Positions 52,508 through 63,738 of a stretch of 64,000 nt of DNA are shown here, in pieces. The notes beneath the pieces were generated by a model. The model was not told the origin of the DNA. It was given only the letters and a program-made list of their open reading frames with translations, and did not search any database. The stretch lies in assembly GCA_029979505.1 (NCBI GenBank), contig JAPOHH010000003.1, forward strand, positions 8,635 through 72,634. Reading direction: 5' to 3'. Position 1 is the first letter of the stretch, and the number at the start of each line of letters is the position of its first letter. Both the position numbers and the translations under genes were made by a program. Source of the stretch: a bacterium (GTDB lineage: Bacteria; Pseudomonadota; Gammaproteobacteria; GCA-002705445; GCA-002716945).

Positions 52508-53337
52508 TTTACTAGAATAACCTCTTCTTGAAGATGAATGTTATATTTAGAAAAAACTCTCTTTTTCACAATTTTCATAAGCTGTAGAAATTCATTATAT
52601 GTACCAGAACCATCATTAATGAAATAATTAGAATGTTTTCTTGAAATATAAATTCCTCCTACTCTCATTCCTTTTAGTTCAGCTCCTTCTATTAATTTTG
52701 CTGCATAATCATCTTTAGGATTTTTAAAAATACATCCACATGAGAGCTGATTTATAGGTTGTGTATTTTTTCGGATGATATTTAGTTTGCTAAGCAAATT
52801 CTTGTTAAATTCTTTTACCTGATTATATAACGTAACTGAAATGATACTAGAATTTTTATCAATGTTAGATGTTCTGTAACTATAATTTAAGTCCTTATTT
52901 TTCATTTCATAAATTTTACCCTTATTATTTACTAGCTCTATACTGTGTACGTGTTGAAGAAGCTCGTCATTGAATGCTCCAGCATTCATAAATATTGCCC
53001 CTCCCATGGAGCCAGGTATACCATAAAGAAACTCAAAACCTGATATTTTATTTTTATATAAATATCTAGATGCTTTATTACATGAAATATTACTTGAACA
53101 GTAAATGAAATTAGTATCATGTGTGATAAATCTTTTCATTCTTTTTAAACTAATTATTGTTCCATCATAATAATCAGTAATAAAACAAATATTAGATCCA
53201 TTTCCAATGTACATATGCTTATGAGATTTATTTATTTTTAACAAATCATCAATTGATGAGGGACAAATAAATTCCTTGCATGTGCCACCAAGACCAATTG
53301 TTGTTATATTTTTGAGAGGATAATTATTTTGAATCAT
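52504..53337 (-). CDS. murB: UDP-N-acetylenolpyruvoylglucosamine reductase
   Basis: 277 aa, short-form MurB. FAD-binding GLGGTCKEF motif. Confidence 0.8.
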   Translation of the reverse strand: MIQNNYPLKNITTIGLGGTCKEFICPSSIDDLLKINKSHKHMYIGNGSNICFITDYYDGTIISLKRMKRFITHDTNFIYCSSNISCNKASRYLYKNKISGFEFLYGIPGSMGGAIFMNAGAFNDELLQHVHSIELVNNKGKIYEMKNKDLNYSYRTSNIDKNSSIISVTLYNQVKEFNKNLLSKLNIIRKNTQPINQLSCGCIFKNPKDDYAAKLIEGAELKGMRVGGIYISRKHSNYFINDGSGTYNEFLQLMKIVKKRVFSKYNIHLQEEVILVK

Positions 53338-54712
53338 TATGAAGTAAATTTATAATATTTCTTATATCGCCTGCTCCCTGTAGGAGTAAAACAGTATCTT
53401 TATCAATGAGTTGCTCAATTGTTTTTTTTACACTTCGTAATGATTTAATATAAATCTTACTGTTAACTTTTATTTTATTATATAAGAACTCCGAGTCATA
53501 TGATGTTCTTTTTTCCCCTGCAGAATATGTAGGCAAAAGTATAACTTTGTCTGTAACATTCAATACTTTAACCATCTCTCTCCAGGAGGATTTTGTTCTT
53601 GAATAGCGATGTGGTTGAAATACAATTAAGATTTTTTTGTTAGGATGAATGTCTTTGATGGTAACTATAGTTGATTTAATTTCAGAGGGATGATGTCCAT
53701 AATCATCAATTGTAAGTACATTATTATTATTAATAGAAATATCTTTATGTACATCAAACCTTCTAGAAACTCCATGAAAAGTTACAATAGACTTAATAAC
53801 CCTTGATAGTTTAATACCTATATGAATACAGACAGCTATTGCTGTTAATATATTATAAATATTATGCTTACCTAGAAGCCTGGTTGATACTAAATATGTC
53901 TTTCGATTGTAATGAATTGTAAATTTCATCATATGAGCACTACATAATATGTCAGTTGCATATAAATCATTATTTTTCTTAAATCCAAAAGTAAAAATAT
54001 TTCGATTAATATTTTTAGTGAGATGTAAAGAATTTTTATCATCACCATTGATGAAAACTTTTCCATAGAAAGGAATTGATTTTATAAATTCACGCATGCA
54101 GGAAATTAAATTTCTGAAAGAATTATTATAATTCTCTAGATGTTCTGCATCCAGATTAGTTATCGCAACAAGATGAGGTTTTAACTTTGTAAAATCTGGG
54201 TTACTCTCATCAGTTTCGGTTATTAGATAACTACTATTTCCTAGCTTGACATGAGGATCGTCTGTTTTGAGCATACCTCCAATCAAATATGTTGGATCCA
54301 AATGGTTTTTATGGAGTATATGACTCAATAAACTTGTGGTAGTTGTTTTCCCATGTGAACCAGTAATACTAATGCCATATTTTAATCTCATTAATTCAGA
54401 TAATATCTCCATACGAGAGAGTATAGTCATGCTATTAGCTCTAGCAAATTTCATTTCGATATTATTTTTTTTAATCGCATTAGAAAAAATTATAATATCG
54501 TTATTATTAATATTTTTTGGGTTATGGCCTATATGTACCTTTATCTTTAGCTTTCGCAATCTTTTTACAGACAAGGTATCTTTGATATCTGAGCCATGTA
54601 CTGAGAATCCTAAGTTATATAACAATTCTGCTATACCCATCATTCCAGCACCACCAATTCCAATTAAGTAAAATGATTTATTTTTAAGATGCTGTGTTAT
54701 GGAGTTTTTCAT
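53324..54712 (-). CDS. murC: UDP-N-acetylmuramate--L-alanine ligase
   Basis: 462 aa. GIGGAGMMGIAE and GSHGKTTT motifs. Confidence 0.9.
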   Translation of the reverse strand: MKNSITQHLKNKSFYLIGIGGAGMMGIAELLYNLGFSVHGSDIKDTLSVKRLRKLKIKVHIGHNPKNINNNDIIIFSNAIKKNNIEMKFARANSMTILSRMEILSELMRLKYGISITGSHGKTTTTSLLSHILHKNHLDPTYLIGGMLKTDDPHVKLGNSSYLITETDESNPDFTKLKPHLVAITNLDAEHLENYNNSFRNLISCMREFIKSIPFYGKVFINGDDKNSLHLTKNINRNIFTFGFKKNNDLYATDILCSAHMMKFTIHYNRKTYLVSTRLLGKHNIYNILTAIAVCIHIGIKLSRVIKSIVTFHGVSRRFDVHKDISINNNNVLTIDDYGHHPSEIKSTIVTIKDIHPNKKILIVFQPHRYSRTKSSWREMVKVLNVTDKVILLPTYSAGEKRTSYDSEFLYNKIKVNSKIYIKSLRSVKKTIEQLIDKDTVLLLQGAGDIRNIINLLHNDSK

Positions 54713-55778
54713 GCAATTCCGGAATATTTTGTAAGATTATATCACTAGAATCATTTGGAAAAAGAGATTTAACATTATTTGCCATTTTATATAATTCATT
54801 CTTATTTAATAAAAGGTGTTTGATAGTAATATTCAAATTTTCTTTAAATTTATTATCCTCTTGTATTATCACTGCCGCGTGATTTTCATGCAAATACCTT
54901 GCATTGATTAGTTGATGATTATCAGTTGCGTATAGGTAAGGAATTAAAATAGATGCTCTACCAGAACTTGATATCTCACTCAATGTCATTGATCCCGACC
55001 GTGAAATGATTAAATCAGACCATTCATAGAGAATTTCCATCTCATATGAAAACTCAATTACATCAACTTGGACTCCATATTTTTTATATTGTTCCTCAAG
55101 TTTATTTTTATTATTCATACCAGAAATATGCTTTATATTAATTGAATCGGAAAAGTGCAAAAAACATTCAGGGATATTTTCATTGAAAAATTTAGCTCCT
55201 TGACTTCCTCCAAAAATCAGGATGTTTATCTTTTGATTTTTTTCTTTATACTTTTGGTCAGGACCTGTTATGTTTTTAAATTTTTTTTTAAGTGGATTGC
55301 CAGATAATATAACTTTTGACTTTTTTTGAAATGTATTTGGAAATGTTTCAAATGTCCTCTTTGTAATTAAATTATTAATTTTATTCGCTGAACCAGCAAT
55401 TGAATTCGATTCATGAGCATACACTGGCAAGCGATATAAAAATCCAGCTAAACTTACAGAAGAACTTACATAACCTCCGAATCCTAATATGAAAATAGGT
55501 TTATTAGAAATTATAATTTTAAGACTTTGGAATATAGATTTCATAAAATTTAGTAGTCCTTTAATTTTATTTATGAAGTTTTTTCCTCTAATACCTGTTG
55601 ATGTTATATGTATTAATTTAATTTTTTTATTTTTTATTAATTTATTTTCGATACCATTCTTTGTTCCAATCCAAATAACATCGTAACCTTTTATTAATAA
55701 TAATTCAGAAATATTCAAAGCAGGTATTACATGACCGCCAGTTCCACTTGATGCTATTATTATTTTTTTATTGATCAT
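54684..55778 (-). CDS. murG: UDP-GlcNAc:undecaprenyl-PP-MurNAc-pentapeptide GlcNAc transferase
   Basis: 364 aa GT28 enzyme with SGTGGHVIPAL motif. Confidence 0.85.
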   Translation of the reverse strand: MINKKIIIASSGTGGHVIPALNISELLLIKGYDVIWIGTKNGIENKLIKNKKIKLIHITSTGIRGKNFINKIKGLLNFMKSIFQSLKIIISNKPIFILGFGGYVSSSVSLAGFLYRLPVYAHESNSIAGSANKINNLITKRTFETFPNTFQKKSKVILSGNPLKKKFKNITGPDQKYKEKNQKINILIFGGSQGAKFFNENIPECFLHFSDSINIKHISGMNNKNKLEEQYKKYGVQVDVIEFSYEMEILYEWSDLIISRSGSMTLSEISSSGRASILIPYLYATDNHQLINARYLHENHAAVIIQEDNKFKENLNITIKHLLLNKNELYKMANNVKSLFPNDSSDIILQNIPELHEKLHNTAS

Positions 55779-56926
55779 ATGCTTCTATGAACTGCTTGAC
55801 TATGTGTTTGTTTCCTTTCAATTTGTATTCTAATTAGAATACCAATATACGTGAACATAAGAAGAAGGTTTGTACCACCATAGCTTATAAAAGGGAGTCC
55901 CATCCCTTTCGTAGGGAATAAACCAATATTGACTAACACATGTATTATGGTTTGTATCATCATTAATAGTATGATACTTAAAACTAGGTTTGATGAAAAC
56001 TCTGAAATCTTACGAGTACTACCATAGAAAATGAACATTCGCCAAAAAAGAACGACATATAGCAATAAAATAAAGATAAGGAAAATAAAACCAAGTTCTT
56101 CTCCAATGATAGCTAATATAAAATCATTGTACTGTTCAGGTAAATAAAATAATTTCTGCATGCTTGAACCCAAGCCTTGTCCAAAATAGCCTCCAGAAGA
56201 TAATGCTATTTGTGATGCAATAATTTGGTAACCACTTCCTTGTGGATCATTCCATGGGTTTATGAATGCAAGAAATCTTTGAACTCTATAAGGATATAAG
56301 ATAATTAGCAAAATAATTGGGATAATTGCAATTAAAGATACTCTCAATAAATGAGATAGTAGAACATTTGATATAAATGAATATATTAAAAATGTTGTGA
56401 ATAGTAATATCATACTTCCGAAATCTCTTTGTAAAACAATAATAAACATTAGTGTTGATGCAAAGACGAAGATCTTAAAAAAATCTTTATTGAAGTTATT
56501 TCGTACAATATATCCAGACAACCAAATAAAGAACAATAATCTTGATACTTCTGATACTTGTAAAGTAAAAAATCCAAGATTAATCCATCTGGTTGCCCCA
56601 TTTATAGTAACACCTACTCCAGGTATGTGAACTAGAAGGGATAGAAGCAAAGATAATAATAAAAAGAATTGGCTGTAATCATAGTAAAACTTTATTTTAA
56701 TATGCGTAACTATATAAAGAACAAATAAACCTAAAATTATAAATAATAATTGTTTCTTAAAAAAGAATAACGGATTTGAGAATTTAGTTGCAGCAAAATC
56801 TACAGTGGATGAAGTTACCATAACTAGTCCGATTATTATAAGACTTGTAACGCAAGCTAAGAAAAGTGAATCGAGACCTCTATTATCAAAAAAATCGAAA
56901 GTATTTTTAAACTTTTTTATTAGCAT
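55775..56926 (-). CDS. ftsW: peptidoglycan glycosyltransferase FtsW
   Basis: 383 aa, predicted 10-TM SEDS protein. Confidence 0.85.
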   Translation of the reverse strand: MLIKKFKNTFDFFDNRGLDSLFLACVTSLIIIGLVMVTSSTVDFAATKFSNPLFFFKKQLLFIILGLFVLYIVTHIKIKFYYDYSQFFLLLSLLLSLLVHIPGVGVTINGATRWINLGFFTLQVSEVSRLLFFIWLSGYIVRNNFNKDFFKIFVFASTLMFIIVLQRDFGSMILLFTTFLIYSFISNVLLSHLLRVSLIAIIPIILLIILYPYRVQRFLAFINPWNDPQGSGYQIIASQIALSSGGYFGQGLGSSMQKLFYLPEQYNDFILAIIGEELGFIFLIFILLLYVVLFWRMFIFYGSTRKISEFSSNLVLSIILLMMIQTIIHVLVNIGLFPTKGMGLPFISYGGTNLLLMFTYIGILIRIQIERKQTHSQAVHRSI

Positions 56927-58193
56927 AATAATTTACAAGATTTTTAAAGTGATCACCTCTTTGCTCAAAGTTTTTATAATGAGAGAAACTAGATGTGCCT
57001 GGCGAAAAAAGAATGGTTGTTTTTTCTCTAAAATCAGAAAATATATATGAAACAACTTCTTTTAGATTATTGAAAAATATTGTTTCAATATCTGGTATTA
57101 TTGCATTGTATATATCTTGTCTATTGTCACCAAATAATATAAGTAACTTTACTTTGTTATTAATTATTCCGGATAGCACGGAATAAGAAATATTTTTTTT
57201 ATCACCTCCCATAATCAAAGTTATGTTGTTTGAAATTGATTCAAGAGCATTTAGTGTTGAATTAGCATTAGTTGATTTTGAGTCATTAATAAATTTTGTA
57301 TTTTTGTAGCTATAAAAGCTCTCTAGCCTATGTGGTAATATTGAGCGCTTTGAAAAACCAATTAATGAGTCACTTAATTTAATACCTATTATTTTTAAAA
57401 CTGCTAAACAAGCACATAGGTTTAGGGCTTCATGTTTACCATTAATTTTGAAAATTCTTCCATTGAAGTTTATAGAATTATAATCCATTAATGAAATGCC
57501 ATTTATAATTTCTCCATTAATAAGAAAATTATTATTATGAACATTAAATGTATAGGATTTTTTTGGAGCTCCTATATCAGCATTAATAATTGAATTAATG
57601 GCGCCATTGAATATCTTAAGCTTGATGTCTAAGTACTCTTGCAAGGAGTTATGCCTGTCTAGATGGTCTTCAGAGATATTTAGTACTATTGAAATAAATG
57701 AATTTAAGTTTTGTATGTATTCTAACTGATAGCTTGAAAGCTCGATTATTACGTAACTGTAATCTTCCTCAAGAGCTTTAAAGAGTGAAACACCATTATT
57801 TCCGCATGCAATTGCTTTTTGATTATTATTATTTAAGATATCTGCAAGTAGATTCACTGTTGATGTTTTTCCATTAGTACCAGTAACACAAATATATTTA
57901 GCTTTTAATTGATGTTGGAGAAGCTCTACATCTGTTATAAATTTACAATCAAGATCAAGTAGTTGTTCCACATAATAATTTTGTTTTTTAATACCTGGAC
58001 TTATTACAATATAGTCGAAACTTTTGATATTTATCTTGCCAGATGTGGTCGAGATATTAACATTATCAATGTGCAAAATATCTTCAGTATTTATCGCTTG
58101 ATAAGTAATTGATTTTTTGTCAAAAAATACTCTACAGTTATTATAAGTTACGCCTTTACCAAGTATAAGAAACGACGACTTAGATAAGTTCAT
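56907..58193 (-). CDS. murD: UDP-N-acetylmuramoylalanine--D-glutamate ligase
   Basis: The ILGKGVTY N-motif places the likely start at 58193, forming an ATGA overlap with the mraY stop. The ORF-track start at 58247 would overlap mraY by 58 nt. Confidence 0.85.
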   Translation of the reverse strand: MNLSKSSFLILGKGVTYNNCRVFFDKKSITYQAINTEDILHIDNVNISTTSGKINIKSFDYIVISPGIKKQNYYVEQLLDLDCKFITDVELLQHQLKAKYICVTGTNGKTSTVNLLADILNNNNQKAIACGNNGVSLFKALEEDYSYVIIELSSYQLEYIQNLNSFISIVLNISEDHLDRHNSLQEYLDIKLKIFNGAINSIINADIGAPKKSYTFNVHNNNFLINGEIINGISLMDYNSINFNGRIFKINGKHEALNLCACLAVLKIIGIKLSDSLIGFSKRSILPHRLESFYSYKNTKFINDSKSTNANSTLNALESISNNITLIMGGDKKNISYSVLSGIINNKVKLLILFGDNRQDIYNAIIPDIETIFFNNLKEVVSYIFSDFREKTTILFSPGTSSFSHYKNFEQRGDHFKNLVNYYANKKV

Positions 58194-59275
58194 CTTATTT
58201 TTAAAGTAGATAATGCTATCAACACAAGTATGAATGTTACTATCCAAAATCTCATGATTATTTTAGGTTCAGATAATCCTGATAGCTCATAATGGTGATG
58301 TAAAGGTGCCATTTTAAATATTCTTTTCCCATTTCTCAGCTTAAATGAGAGAACTTGTAAAATGACAGATATGACTTCAGCTATAAAGATACCGCTCATA
58401 ATTGCAAATGCTAATTCTTGTTTTAGAATTATTGCTAACAACCCCAGAGAACTACCAAGAGATAATGATCCGCAGTCACCCATAAATATTTCAGCTGGGT
58501 AAGAATTAAACCATAAGAATCCTAAACCTGCACCCACCAATGATGCTGCAAATATTGCTATTTCTCCTGACCCTTCAATGTATGGTATAAGCAAATATTC
58601 AGAAATAATCACATTCCCATGCACGTATGAAAAAATAACAAATGCTGATGCGATCAAAATACAAGGCAATATAGCAAGTCCATCCAAACCATCTGTTAAA
58701 TTTACTGCATTCGACGAACCAACTAATATGAATATTGCCCAAGGTATAAAGAGGATTCCTAAATAAAAACTATTGTCTTTCATAAATGGAACAACAGATT
58801 CAATTGCACCCGTTTGCATATATGTATATAAAAATATTGTGATTAATGAGGCAATAACTATTTGAAAAAAAAGTTTTAATCTTCCTTTAATGCCATCACT
58901 ATTTTTTTTTATTAATTTTTTATAATCATCATAGAAACCTATTAGGCCAAATCCTAGAATCCCAAATAATAATACTAATATATAGTTATTGTTTAAATCT
59001 GACCACAATAATGTTGATATCACTACGGAAAATATAATTATTACGCCGCCCATTGTCGGAGTAGTATTTTTATCATCTAAATGACTTTTTGGTCCGTCTT
59101 CTCTTATAGATTGGTAAAATTGTTTATTTCTTAAATATGAGATAATAGCTGGGCCTAAAAGAAGTGAGATTACTAAAGCTGTGAGTGCACCCATAACTAT
59201 CCTAGTAGTTAAATATAAAAATGCATTAAACCCAGTATTATATTGAGTAAGATATTCAAAAAAAGCTAAAAGCAT
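58190..59275 (-). CDS. mraY: phospho-N-acetylmuramoyl-pentapeptide transferase
   Basis: 361 aa membrane transferase. Confidence 0.9.
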   Translation of the reverse strand: MLLAFFEYLTQYNTGFNAFLYLTTRIVMGALTALVISLLLGPAIISYLRNKQFYQSIREDGPKSHLDDKNTTPTMGGVIIIFSVVISTLLWSDLNNNYILVLLFGILGFGLIGFYDDYKKLIKKNSDGIKGRLKLFFQIVIASLITIFLYTYMQTGAIESVVPFMKDNSFYLGILFIPWAIFILVGSSNAVNLTDGLDGLAILPCILIASAFVIFSYVHGNVIISEYLLIPYIEGSGEIAIFAASLVGAGLGFLWFNSYPAEIFMGDCGSLSLGSSLGLLAIILKQELAFAIMSGIFIAEVISVILQVLSFKLRNGKRIFKMAPLHHHYELSGLSEPKIIMRFWIVTFILVLIALSTLKIR

Positions 59276-59277
59276 AG

Positions 59278-60609
59278 TTATTTAAGTTCCTGGGCAATAA
59301 TGTCAAAATTCATGAAACGAGATGCTTTTATCAAAATAGCAGATTGACTATTAGATGTATTTTTTATGTATTCAATTAGTTTATTCATATCATTTGAAGT
59401 ATAGCAATTCTTGCCAAATATTGATTTAGCATCTTTCATATATTTTCCCATATAAAATAAATACTTTATTCCTAATTCTTTTGATAATTTAAATATCATT
59501 AAATGACTTTCATATGATTTGTCTCCAAGCTCACCCATGTCTCCCATTACGAATAACTTTTCACGATCAATTTGTGAAAATTGGTTTAGAGCAGCTTTCA
59601 TAGATTCTGGATTTGCATTATAAGAATCATCAAAAACTATTGATTTATTTTTCGCAATAAATCTATAAAATCTACCCTTCACTCCTGCGAATGCTCCTAA
59701 GCCTTCAATTACATCACTTATACTTGCGCCAGATTCCATAGATATTGCAATACTAAACAAAATATTTATAGGTAATACATTCTGGATAGCTTTTTTATCT
59801 ACTTCAAAAGTATTTCCATAAGTAGATACCTCATAAGTATAATCAGAATATCGTCTCAGAACATAATCTGCATTACCGTGCAAAGAAATGGTTACAACAT
59901 TTTTATTAATATTAATATTTTTCCACTGTTGATAGTATTTGTCATCTAGATTTAAGATTACTGTTGTTGTGTTTGAATGTGAAAAAATCTCTTCTTTAGT
60001 TTTGATTAAATTGTCCATATTTATAAATGATTCCATATGTGCTTCAGATACATTTAATAGCGCTGTTAAATTTGGCTCAGATATTGACGTTAAATATTTG
60101 ATATCACCTAACTTGCTAGCTCCATGTTCATATATACATTTTTTTGTTTCTTTTGAAGCATTAAGTATAGATAGTGGCAAACCTATTTGATTATTATAAT
60201 TTCCTATAGTCGTACTCGTTTCAAAAGATGTTTTTAATATAGATTCACATAGTTGCGTAACTGTTGTTTTACCATTAGTGCCAGTTATAGCAATAGTATG
60301 GGGAGAGCCTATCTTGTTTTTATACTTTCTGGCTATTATCCCTAGTGCAAGAATTGTATCGTCAACACTAATAGTCGTTACCCTTCGATCATTTATAACA
60401 TGTGATTTATTGTAAACTATACACTTTGCTCCATTATCGATAGCATTTGTAATGAAGTCATGACCGTTATATGTTTGTCCAGGTAGTGCTAAAAATAAAT
60501 CTCCATCTGTAACGTCTCTGCTATCAATAACTATATTATTAATTGAGGTATCATCACCGGTATATGTGCTGGAAAGATAATTTGCTACATCTGATATTTT
60601 AAGATTCAT
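59278..60609 (-). CDS. murF: UDP-MurNAc-tripeptide--D-Ala-D-Ala ligase
   Basis: 443 aa Mur ligase with GTNGKTT motif. Confidence 0.85.
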   Translation of the reverse strand: MNLKISDVANYLSSTYTGDDTSINNIVIDSRDVTDGDLFLALPGQTYNGHDFITNAIDNGAKCIVYNKSHVINDRRVTTISVDDTILALGIIARKYKNKIGSPHTIAITGTNGKTTVTQLCESILKTSFETSTTIGNYNNQIGLPLSILNASKETKKCIYEHGASKLGDIKYLTSISEPNLTALLNVSEAHMESFINMDNLIKTKEEIFSHSNTTTVILNLDDKYYQQWKNININKNVVTISLHGNADYVLRRYSDYTYEVSTYGNTFEVDKKAIQNVLPINILFSIAISMESGASISDVIEGLGAFAGVKGRFYRFIAKNKSIVFDDSYNANPESMKAALNQFSQIDREKLFVMGDMGELGDKSYESHLMIFKLSKELGIKYLFYMGKYMKDAKSIFGKNCYTSNDMNKLIEYIKNTSNSQSAILIKASRFMNFDIIAQELK

Positions 60610-62062
60610 GTTTTTTAATTAGTAAATTTAAATAATTGATATCATTATGTCTTATTTTTTTATTTTTCTTCAAGATATAATCTTCATTACCTTTTCCTAA
60701 TATGAAATTTAAGCTTTCTTTATTTGATTTCTTAAATAAATATTTAATCGCTTTTTTACGTGATTCTATAACTATATAGTTGTTGTGATTAAATCCTGAT
60801 TTAATATCATCGAGTATCGAATAGAAATTTTCATCTCTTGAATTATCTTCAGTGATTATTGATAAAGAAGAATTACTTTCCACAGCTTTTGCTATATTTT
60901 TTCTTTTAGATTTATCTCTATCGCCCCCGCACCCAAACAGTGTTGTGATATTAGAATTTGAATGAAAATCATTATATATATCCTGAAAGGATTGTATTGT
61001 GTGAGCATAGTCAATTATAAATCTACCTCTTTCTTTTGTGTTAACTACTTGTCTTCTTCCGGGTAATGGTTTTAGATTATCTATTGCTTTTTGTATAGTA
61101 TTATTTTTGAAATCTTCAAGATGAAGAAGTGTGCAAATATTTAATAATGAATATATATTAAAACTAATAAAGTTATTCTTAGGAAGCTTAATGATTTTAT
61201 TTCTTATATATATATTTCCTATTTTATCGTCATAAGTTACTAAGCAATTATTTTTATTTTTAATATCATTAGATATAAGAATTTTTCTTGTCTTATCTTG
61301 TAATGATATTTCATTCATTAATATGTCAGAGTCTTTATTTAAAATAGTACATTTAGACTGTCGTATGATAGAAATCTTTGCTCTTGCATAGTTTTTAATA
61401 CTCTTATGATAATCCAAATGATCACTATAGATATTTGTTATAAATGAATAGTCAAAACATATCCCTTTAAGCCTCCCCTGGTCTAATCCTTGTGAAGAGC
61501 ATTCAATAATTACATAATCATATTTTTTTGATAAAAAATTAAAATAGTTTTTGTAGATAACATCAATTGGTGGCGTCGTATAATCATTTTTTTTCAATGA
61601 TGGATATAGACCTACCCCCTCACTAGATATAACACCTACATTTTTATTTAAATTTGTGAGTGATTCTGCTAGCAATAAAACTGTTGATGTTTTTCCGTTA
61701 GTTCCAGTTACACCGATAGTCTTAGTTTTAGAATTTAAGATTTTCAAATTATTTTGATATATCTTATAAAAACAATTTTCAAGATTTCTCTGAACAAAAA
61801 AAGGTATGGTACTATTTACTTGTTTTCTGGTAAATTGAAAAGCGGATATGTATCCATATGCACCATTTTTTATTGCGTCTTTAATATTTATGAGATTATT
61901 TTCCCGCCTTGTATCTAAAGAAATAAAAATTTGTCCAGAAACTATTTTCCTTGAGTCAATTGAAAACTTATCATAAATATTTTTAGATATCCTTCCATTT
62001 AATTTTATGAACTTCTCTAAAAGATTCAGATTAATAGTTTCTTGTGACATAGTTTTGATCAT
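60599..62062 (-). CDS. murE: UDP-MurNAc-L-Ala-D-Glu--2,6-diaminopimelate ligase
   Basis: 487 aa Mur ligase with GVTGTNGKTS motif. Confidence 0.85.
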   Translation of the reverse strand: MIKTMSQETINLNLLEKFIKLNGRISKNIYDKFSIDSRKIVSGQIFISLDTRRENNLINIKDAIKNGAYGYISAFQFTRKQVNSTIPFFVQRNLENCFYKIYQNNLKILNSKTKTIGVTGTNGKTSTVLLLAESLTNLNKNVGVISSEGVGLYPSLKKNDYTTPPIDVIYKNYFNFLSKKYDYVIIECSSQGLDQGRLKGICFDYSFITNIYSDHLDYHKSIKNYARAKISIIRQSKCTILNKDSDILMNEISLQDKTRKILISNDIKNKNNCLVTYDDKIGNIYIRNKIIKLPKNNFISFNIYSLLNICTLLHLEDFKNNTIQKAIDNLKPLPGRRQVVNTKERGRFIIDYAHTIQSFQDIYNDFHSNSNITTLFGCGGDRDKSKRKNIAKAVESNSSLSIITEDNSRDENFYSILDDIKSGFNHNNYIVIESRKKAIKYLFKKSNKESLNFILGKGNEDYILKKNKKIRHNDINYLNLLIKKHES

Positions 62063-63692
62063 TTAATATTCTCATGGAGTGTTGCATAAACTCACTAAAT
62101 ATTGGAGCAGCGTGTACACCTCCAGATCCCTCTCGATTTTGCGGGTTTCTGACAATTACTGCAGCAACATACTTTGGTTCTGGGTCGCCCAATATGCCAA
62201 TAAAAAGAGCATTATGTCTATTTTTAACGTATTCGCCATCAATCAGCTGTCTGACAGTACCTGTCTTACCATATACCGTATAACCTTGAACAGCAGCTTT
62301 TCTCCCAGTACCATCTTTGGAATGAACAACTTCTTTCATCATAGTTAGAACTTTTTTTGATTTTTTATAATCAAGAATACTTTCTTTATTATTTTTATTT
62401 GAATTATTTAAATAATTTATGCTAACTCTCTCTCCATAATTAGCCAATGTAGTATATGCGCTAGCTAGATGCATCAGAGACATTGAAAGTCCATAACCAT
62501 ATCCAAGACTCATATGACTTGATTCTGATAAATTAGATGCGATAGGTAGAGTACCATTCTTTGATCCCGGTAAATTCAAAAATAGTGATTGTCCAAATCC
62601 AAATTTATTCAATCCATCTATAAGTTGTTTTTTTGATAATTTACTTGATATTTTAGCTGCTCCAATATTACTTGATAGGCGAATTATATCTGTTGGATTA
62701 ATTGATCCTAAATACTTCCAATCTTTAATTTCCTTATCTTCCAGTTTTATCACACCAGGAGCAGTATCAATAATTGTGTATTCATCAATAATTTTATGAT
62801 TCAGAGCTGTGTATATTATGAGCGGTTTTATTGTGGAACCTGGTTCTATCAAATCATATACAGCTCTATTTTTGATATTTTTGCCTTTAAATTGACTTCT
62901 TTTTTCAGGATTAAAAGAAGGATAATTAACCATAGATAATATATCTCCTGTATTTGATTCAATCAAAATAATTGAACCACTCTCTGCATTGAATTTATGG
63001 ATATATTTTCTTAGAATTTCATACCCAATAATTTGCACTCTTTTGTCAATTGTTAGAGAAATATCTTTTCCAGATTGAGATTTTTTTATTATCTCGATTG
63101 TTTCAATAGGTCGACCAATATTGTCTTGTTTTACTTTTTTTAAACCCCTAACAGGTGAGAGTATATCATTATTTATTAATTCTATTCCCTCTTGCCCTTT
63201 ATCATCTATGTCTGTAAATCCAATGACATTTGAAAATGATTCGCCACCAAGATATGATCTCTTATTTTCATTAATAAAATAGATGTAAGGATTTTTTAAC
63301 TTTTTAACTTTATTATAGACTTGTTTAGATACATGTCTTTTTACATACAATTCTTTTTTATTTTTATTTTTTAGTATTATAGAATTTATTTTTTTTTCAG
63401 ATATATTCAATTCTCTCGCAAGCATTGTTATTGATTTATCATAATTTCTATATAATTTACTTGGATTAATACATAGTGTTTTTGATGGTAAGGACATGGC
63501 CAAAATATCATTATTTCTATCATAGATACTACCTCTTTGTGCTGATATCTTTACCAAATGTATTTGTCTTTTTTTTGCCTCATCCAAAATATTTTCTTTG
63601 CAAACTTCTCCATTAAAATAAAAACAATCTGTTGCTTTTATTTGAATGAAGTAAAGTCTTAATAGAATAATAAAAAAAACAAAAAAGGCCAC
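62031..63692 (-). CDS. ftsI: peptidoglycan D,D-transpeptidase FtsI (PBP3)
   Basis: 553 aa. N-terminal TM, a PBP dimerisation domain and a transpeptidase with STIKP and SxN/KTG motifs. Confidence 0.85.
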   Translation of the reverse strand: MAFFVFFIILLRLYFIQIKATDCFYFNGEVCKENILDEAKKRQIHLVKISAQRGSIYDRNNDILAMSLPSKTLCINPSKLYRNYDKSITMLARELNISEKKINSIILKNKNKKELYVKRHVSKQVYNKVKKLKNPYIYFINENKRSYLGGESFSNVIGFTDIDDKGQEGIELINNDILSPVRGLKKVKQDNIGRPIETIEIIKKSQSGKDISLTIDKRVQIIGYEILRKYIHKFNAESGSIILIESNTGDILSMVNYPSFNPEKRSQFKGKNIKNRAVYDLIEPGSTIKPLIIYTALNHKIIDEYTIIDTAPGVIKLEDKEIKDWKYLGSINPTDIIRLSSNIGAAKISSKLSKKQLIDGLNKFGFGQSLFLNLPGSKNGTLPIASNLSESSHMSLGYGYGLSMSLMHLASAYTTLANYGERVSINYLNNSNKNNKESILDYKKSKKVLTMMKEVVHSKDGTGRKAAVQGYTVYGKTGTVRQLIDGEYVKNRHNALFIGILGDPEPKYVAAVIVRNPQNREGSGGVHAAPIFSEFMQHSMRILNDQNYVTRNY

Positions 63693-63738
63693 TGCTATGA
63701 ATAACAGTAGCCTTAGCTTGTCATTTCTTTTTGTATTA

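Noticed and set aside
54336-54671. 111-aa ORF antisense to murC; similar antisense ORFs in murG, ftsW and aspS (32343..32615, 32823..33173)
   Set aside because: All nested in strongly supported housekeeping genes. Hydrophobic T-rich translations typical of AT-rich antisense frames.
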